This document shows, one piece after another, positions 7,136 to 10,946 of a stretch of DNA of 10,946 bases (the stretch's first letter is position 1; every line of letters starts with the position of its first letter). This DNA comes from an uncultured Fibrobacterota bacterium (lineage in GTDB: Bacteria; Fibrobacterota; Chitinivibrionia; Chitinivibrionales; FEN-1185). A program made the position numbers and the translations under genes. The notes below the pieces were generated by a model that did no database searches, was not told the origin of the DNA, and saw only the letters and a program-made list of their open reading frames with translations. The stretch lies in assembly GCA_963753345.1 (NCBI GenBank), contig CAVWBU010000017.1:1-10946 (forward strand), read 5' to 3'.

Positions 7136-8137
7136 TTACAACAACTTCCGTATCCTCTTCCACCCCTCATCCGGTATCTGCGCCCCCACCACCTGGCACA
7201 CTTCGTATCCGCAGGCCGCGCCGATCTGTCCTGCTTTGTCAACAGGGTACCCGTTGACAAGCCCGTACAAAAACCCGCTCGCCCACAAATCGCCCGCGCC
7301 CGTGGTGTCGACGGCCGAACCGTCGCCCATGATTCCAATGCTTGCCTTTTTCCCCTTATGGATAATATGGCTTCCCCGTTTGCCCACCTTGACAACTGCG
7401 GTTTCGGCTTTCCGCGCCAGCGTTTCGAGCGCCTGTATCTCGTCTTTGTGGCCGGTGAATGCGGCTGCCTCATCCTCATTGGCAATAAGAATGTCCACGT
7501 ACTCGCGCACCAGATCATCAAGAATGCTTTTTGACGCCTCAACCACGGTGTAGGATGCGAGGTCGAGCGACACGAGCGCGCCGGCATTCTTTGCGGCCGC
7601 AAGAGCGGCGCGGATGAGCGCTTCGTTGAACAGCAGATAGCCTTCGATGTGCACGAGCGCGGCGTCTTTGAACCGATCGGCGAGCAGCTCCTCGGGCTTT
7701 GTCTCGCCCGATGCGCCGAGAAACGTGAACATTGACCGCTGCGCGTCGGGCGTGATGATCGACAGCACGCGGCCGGTTGATGAAGGAGAAACCAGCAATT
7801 GCGGCTCGACGTTGTTCGCAACGAGTGCCTTTTCGAGAAGCGCGCCAAGTTCGTCGTTGCCGCGCTTGCCCACAAAGCGCGCTGGCCCGCCCAGCCTACC
7901 AATGCCGATGATGGTGTTGCACGCCGATCCTCCGGGAACAATGGAGGGTTTTTCCGAGGACTTTTCCACGGTGCTGTCGATGAACCCCGCGCTCTGGACA
8001 AGCGTCATGCCGCCTTTTTTCGCGCCGGTCTGTGCGAGAAAATCATCGGTTTCTTTGATGAGAATATCAACGAGGGCGGATCCAATGCCGACAATGAGAT
8101 TTTGTTGCGATGTCTTTCTTTCTACGATTTTATTCAT
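7136..8137 (-). CDS. PfkB/ribokinase-family kinase, adenosine kinase-like
   Basis: GIGSALVDI, KKGGMTLV, PGGSACNT, TPDAQRSM, ANEDEA and DTTGAGDLWASGFLYG (PfkB signature). Start placed at ATG 8137 because the longer GTG 8215 extension runs through AT-rich spacer and into a structured element. Confidence 0.92.
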   Translation of the reverse strand: MNKIVERKTSQQNLIVGIGSALVDILIKETDDFLAQTGAKKGGMTLVQSAGFIDSTVEKSSEKPSIVPGGSACNTIIGIGRLGGPARFVGKRGNDELGALLEKALVANNVEPQLLVSPSSTGRVLSIITPDAQRSMFTFLGASGETKPEELLADRFKDAALVHIEGYLLFNEALIRAALAAAKNAGALVSLDLASYTVVEASKSILDDLVREYVDILIANEDEAAAFTGHKDEIQALETLARKAETAVVKVGKRGSHIIHKGKKASIGIMGDGSAVDTTGAGDLWASGFLYGLVNGYPVDKAGQIGAACGYEVCQVVGAQIPDEGWKRIRKLL

Positions 8138-8181
8138 TGGACTTCTTTCTGATAATGATACTTGGATATCAAATATATAAA

Positions 8182-8288
8182 TTGGGCGTTTCCCTCGCCG
8201 TGCTCGGGCCGCCACGGCCCTATGCCGCTTACGCGGCGGGTCCGGGCGGCATCCCGCTATAGCGGGACTTCCAGTCGCCCCTAACGCG
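8182..8288 (+). ncRNA. Structured RNA or repeat element resembling the Acido-Lenti-1 / Flavo-1 motifs
   Basis: Starts TTGGGCGTTTCCCTCG and ends CCCCTAACGCG; GCGTT 8186-8190 can pair with AACGC 8283-8287. Internal hairpins GCCGC-TTAC-GCGGC (8224-8237) and TCCCGC-TATA-GCGGGA (8252-8267). The family assignment is from recalled consensus, not a search. Confidence 0.55.
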
Positions 8289-8375
8289 CGGTAACAGAAA
8301 GCTCATTAGTCAATTACTTCTTCTCGCGCCGATCGGCATCCGCAACAAAATCGATATCCGCATGTTCTCTTTTGA

Positions 8376-8415
8376 TTCTAAACTCTTCAACTATTCAACC
8401 TTTCAACTTTTCAAC
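8376..8415. repeat. Octamer tandem repeat with TCAAC core (TTCTAAAC TCTTCAAC TATTCAAC CTTTCAAC TTTTCAAC)
   Basis: Seen directly; an 8-nt-period variant of the heptamer repeats. Confidence 0.7.
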
Positions 8416-8425
8416 TGCTCTTCTC

Positions 8426-8536
8426 GGGTGCCGCCACAACAATGCATGGTCTTGCATCTGCTTTGTCAAGGCGGCTACCCAGGAGGGGGTGACGAAGGAC
8501 GCCGAAGGCGGCCGTAGGCAGGGGGATACCTCCCCC
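8426..8536. other. GC-rich multi-hairpin element (REP-like or structured RNA) downstream of the hydrolase gene
   Basis: GGGTGCCGCC (8426-8435) pairs with GGCGGCTACCC (8470-8480), enclosing ACAA/TTGT and ATGCA/TGCAT. Also CGCC-GAA-GGCG (8500-8510) and GGGGG-ATACCT-CCCCC (8521-8536). Confidence 0.55.
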
Positions 8537-8561
8537 AACTAAATCATTGATTTTATATATA

Positions 8562-10694
8562 CTATTTATCAACCGCTATCTCGGACCTCAATGGATTCAG
8601 CCGCGAGTCCCAGGGAAACACGTAGTAATCCTGGGGCTGCGCCGGCGTCGGCGCCTGTTCCGCGGAGAGCGGCGCCACAGGCTTGCCGTTGGGCCATGTT
8701 CCCATGAAGCAAGTTTCCCTCCCATGGCCGAAAACAAAAGCCTTTGCCTTGAGGTTATTGTCGAACGTGTACGCCGCAAGAGCGTCGAACAACCGGTACA
8801 CGCCGTAGTAATCGAGCGCGTCCTCTTCGGCGCGCGGGTCAAACGGGCCTTTTGGCGTATTGTGATCCGCCTTAAGCCTGCAGGACCCAAGCGAGTCGCT
8901 GTTGATCATGATGAAATTCTTTTCCGCGGCCGGAATGTTTATCGTGTTGAATAGGGAAATCGCCATCCGGTGGTCGTTGACGTGGTCTTCCGCGAAGACC
9001 TCCATAAGAAGTTTGACGCGGGAGGGAAACAGCCGGAGTTTCGTCCTGTCGATCTCGTAGCTGTACCAGGGAGCCATAAGGTGGAGGAACACGCCGTTGG
9101 CTCCCCAGTTCTTATCGACGATCGCCCACAAGGCAAGAGCGGGGATCGCGCCCGCGCCGAATGAGTGACCCGCGAACCCGATTCTCGTTGTGTCAATTCT
9201 GGCGCGGAAATTGTCCACCGCGGTTTCGAACCCCGCCTCTATGGTGGCATATTTCTTGACTTCCCTGGGGTCGCCGCCGGCGGCCATTTGGTAAGGAGAA
9301 AACACCACCACATATCCTTTGCTTACCATGTGGTTGATAAGCGGCAGATACTGCTGCGGGCTTGACGAGGCGTAGCCGTGGCTGAAGAAAATGAGCGGCC
9401 GCGGCGCGGGTGCGTTCTGGGGGGTAAAGACATGGACGTAATGGCCGGGCCAGAGCGGCTGGGGAAGGCTGTCGACCGCCATCTGCCAGGGCCCTGCCGA
9501 GCCGAACCCTTCTTCTATGGGCGGAATGGCGCACAGCGAAGTGTCTTTCGGTGCTTTGCGATGGGCCCGGCGCTCCCGGATTTTTTCCCGTTCAAATTCC
9601 CAGTAATTCTTGGATGTCTTTCGCGCATAATAAAACTTGTTTTTGGGCGTTTCGGGCAAGAACGTGGGCGACACGTCCCTGCGGGGATTGAGCGGATCTT
9701 CCCACACGTTGACATACGGCGGTGTGCGCGAGGTGTCGGGCGAGCGGGTGACGATGCATTCGCGCACGGGCCGTTTATCGGGCCAGGTCCCCATGTAGCG
9801 TTGCCCCGCGTTGCCGGTGTCGAGGGCCATTCTCCTTGCCGAAGCGTCGCCGCGGAAAACATAGTCCGCAATCGCATCAACAAATTTATAAACGCCGTAG
9901 AAATCGAGGGCGTTTTCCGCGCCGTTCTTGTCGGCCGGACCTGCGGGCACGAAATGGTCCGCGATAAGCCGGTATCCGGATATGGAATCGCTCTGCAGTT
10001 CCACGAACAGCTTCTGGCTGTCCGGGATGGCGATGTTGTCGAACAGGTCGACCGCCATGCGCCGGTCGTTCACCTTGTCGCTGCGGAACGTTTCCATGAT
10101 GAGGTATGCCTTTGCAGGGAACGCTTCGAGTTCGTCCTGGGTGATGAAATGGGAATACCAGGGCGCCATGATGTAGAGAAACACGCCGTTTTCTCCCCAC
10201 TGGTTTTCGATGATGCTGCGCCATGCGATTGCAGGCACGGCACCGCCGCCGTGAGAATGGCCCACGATCCCGATTCTTGTCGTGTCGATGCATGAGCGGA
10301 ACCTCTCCACGGCGGCCTCAAACCCTGCCATGAGGATGCCGTATTTTCTCCGCTGCCCGCGCTCGGCGGCAATGCTTTTGTACGGAGAGAACACGAGAAC
10401 GTGGCCGCGGCTCACGATGTTGGTGATAAGCGGCCCGTACAGGACAGGGGCCGTTGCCCCGATCCCGTGACAGAAGAGAATAAGCGGATACTTGTTTGCG
10501 GTGTCTGCGGGATGAAAAACATAAACGTTTTTTCCCGCCCACTGGGGGCTGGAAACGCTGTCGCACACCACGGCGTGCGGTCCGTTTGCCCCGAAGCCGG
10601 AAAGCGGACGGGGGATGGGCCATTCGTCGCCGGCGACGGCTGCTCCGCACGCGAGAGTCGCGTAAAGCAGGAAGGCACGGCGACACGCGGTCAA
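8562..10694 (-). CDS. Secreted protein with two tandem alpha/beta-hydrolase domains (chlorophyllase/cutinase-like)
   Basis: Signal peptide (RRAFLLYATLACGAAVA|GD). Two homologous halves each carry FxHG, DTTRIG-x-x-GHSxG, DxVNDxRMA and ADH. Start is probably TTG 10694 (GAGG upstream, just after the dtd stop); the ORF track extends it to TTG 10718. Confidence 0.88.
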   Translation of the reverse strand: MTACRRAFLLYATLACGAAVAGDEWPIPRPLSGFGANGPHAVVCDSVSSPQWAGKNVYVFHPADTANKYPLILFCHGIGATAPVLYGPLITNIVSRGHVLVFSPYKSIAAERGQRRKYGILMAGFEAAVERFRSCIDTTRIGIVGHSHGGGAVPAIAWRSIIENQWGENGVFLYIMAPWYSHFITQDELEAFPAKAYLIMETFRSDKVNDRRMAVDLFDNIAIPDSQKLFVELQSDSISGYRLIADHFVPAGPADKNGAENALDFYGVYKFVDAIADYVFRGDASARRMALDTGNAGQRYMGTWPDKRPVRECIVTRSPDTSRTPPYVNVWEDPLNPRRDVSPTFLPETPKNKFYYARKTSKNYWEFEREKIRERRAHRKAPKDTSLCAIPPIEEGFGSAGPWQMAVDSLPQPLWPGHYVHVFTPQNAPAPRPLIFFSHGYASSSPQQYLPLINHMVSKGYVVVFSPYQMAAGGDPREVKKYATIEAGFETAVDNFRARIDTTRIGFAGHSFGAGAIPALALWAIVDKNWGANGVFLHLMAPWYSYEIDRTKLRLFPSRVKLLMEVFAEDHVNDHRMAISLFNTINIPAAEKNFIMINSDSLGSCRLKADHNTPKGPFDPRAEEDALDYYGVYRLFDALAAYTFDNNLKAKAFVFGHGRETCFMGTWPNGKPVAPLSAEQAPTPAQPQDYYVFPWDSRLNPLRSEIAVDK

Positions 10695-10707
10695 GGCAAA
10701 GACCTCT

Positions 10708-10946
10708 CTATGCGTCAAGCACGAACGTCACGGGTCCGTCGTTGACAAGCTCAACATCCATCATGGCGCCGAATAAGCCCGTTTCAACGTTCTGTACGCG
10801 GTTCTTGATCCGGCCCACAAAATATTCATACAACTCGTTGCCCTTTTCCGGGCCTGCCGCATCCGTAAAGCTGGGCCGGCTGCCTTTTGCGCAATCGCCG
10901 TAAAGGGTGAACTGGGAAACAATAAGCGCGCCGCCGCCGGTGTCGA
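10708..10946 (-). CDS. dtd: D-aminoacyl-tRNA deacylase, 3' part (5' end outside the window)
   Basis: Manual translation from 10944: [83 protein letters not shown] and NDGPVT are diagnostic. Not in the ORF track. Confidence 0.96.
   Translation of the reverse strand, partial: DTGGGALIVSQFTLYGDCAKGSRPSFTDAAGPEKGNELYEYFVGRIKNRVQNVETGLFGAMMDVELVNDGPVTFVLDA

Noticed and set aside
8138-8215. N-terminal extension of the kinase from GTG 8215
   Set aside because: It overlaps the structured element and AT-rich spacer, and family similarity begins only after Met at 8137.
8310-8363. 17-aa minus-strand ORF MRISILLRMPIGARRSN as a leader peptide
   Set aside because: Weak SD, no telling codon run, and a length expected by chance.
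5566-8415. TCAAC repeats as a CRISPR array or integron cassette sites
   Set aside because: Units are 7-8 nt and directly tandem, with no spacers, no inverted core pairs, and no cas or integrase gene.
7022-10903. Plus-strand and alternate-frame ORFs over the kinase, hydrolase and dtd (e.g. 7647-8180, 9378-10295, 10496-10903)
   Set aside because: Shadows of well-supported minus-strand genes.

Overview
Bacterial chromosomal window, probably FCB superphylum and plausibly Fibrobacterota/Chitinivibrionia-like; this is inferred from a type IX secretion (T9SS)-type sorting domain and gene style, not proven. The + strand carries a translationally coupled run: the tail of an unknown gene, dnaE (DNA Pol III alpha with an intact PHP metal site) and a PlsC-type acyltransferase, followed by a small hypothetical gene. 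The - strand carries dtd (partial), a secreted protein with two tandem alpha/beta-hydrolase domains, a PfkB adenosine/sugar kinase, an EFR1-type flavodoxin-ferredoxin fusion, a flavodoxin, and a small secreted FG-GAP-repeat protein. The main observation concerns the FG-GAP gene, which stops one sense codon after an A9 run. The -1 frame, entered only within that run, encodes 78 more residues resembling a T9SS C-terminal sorting domain that the ORF track missed. This suggests a slippage or frameshift switch between a periplasmic and an exported isoform, unless it is a homopolymer sequencing error. The intergenic regions hold TCAAC-core tandem repeats at gene 3' ends and two structured elements, one resembling the Acido-Lenti-1/Flavo-1 RNA motifs.
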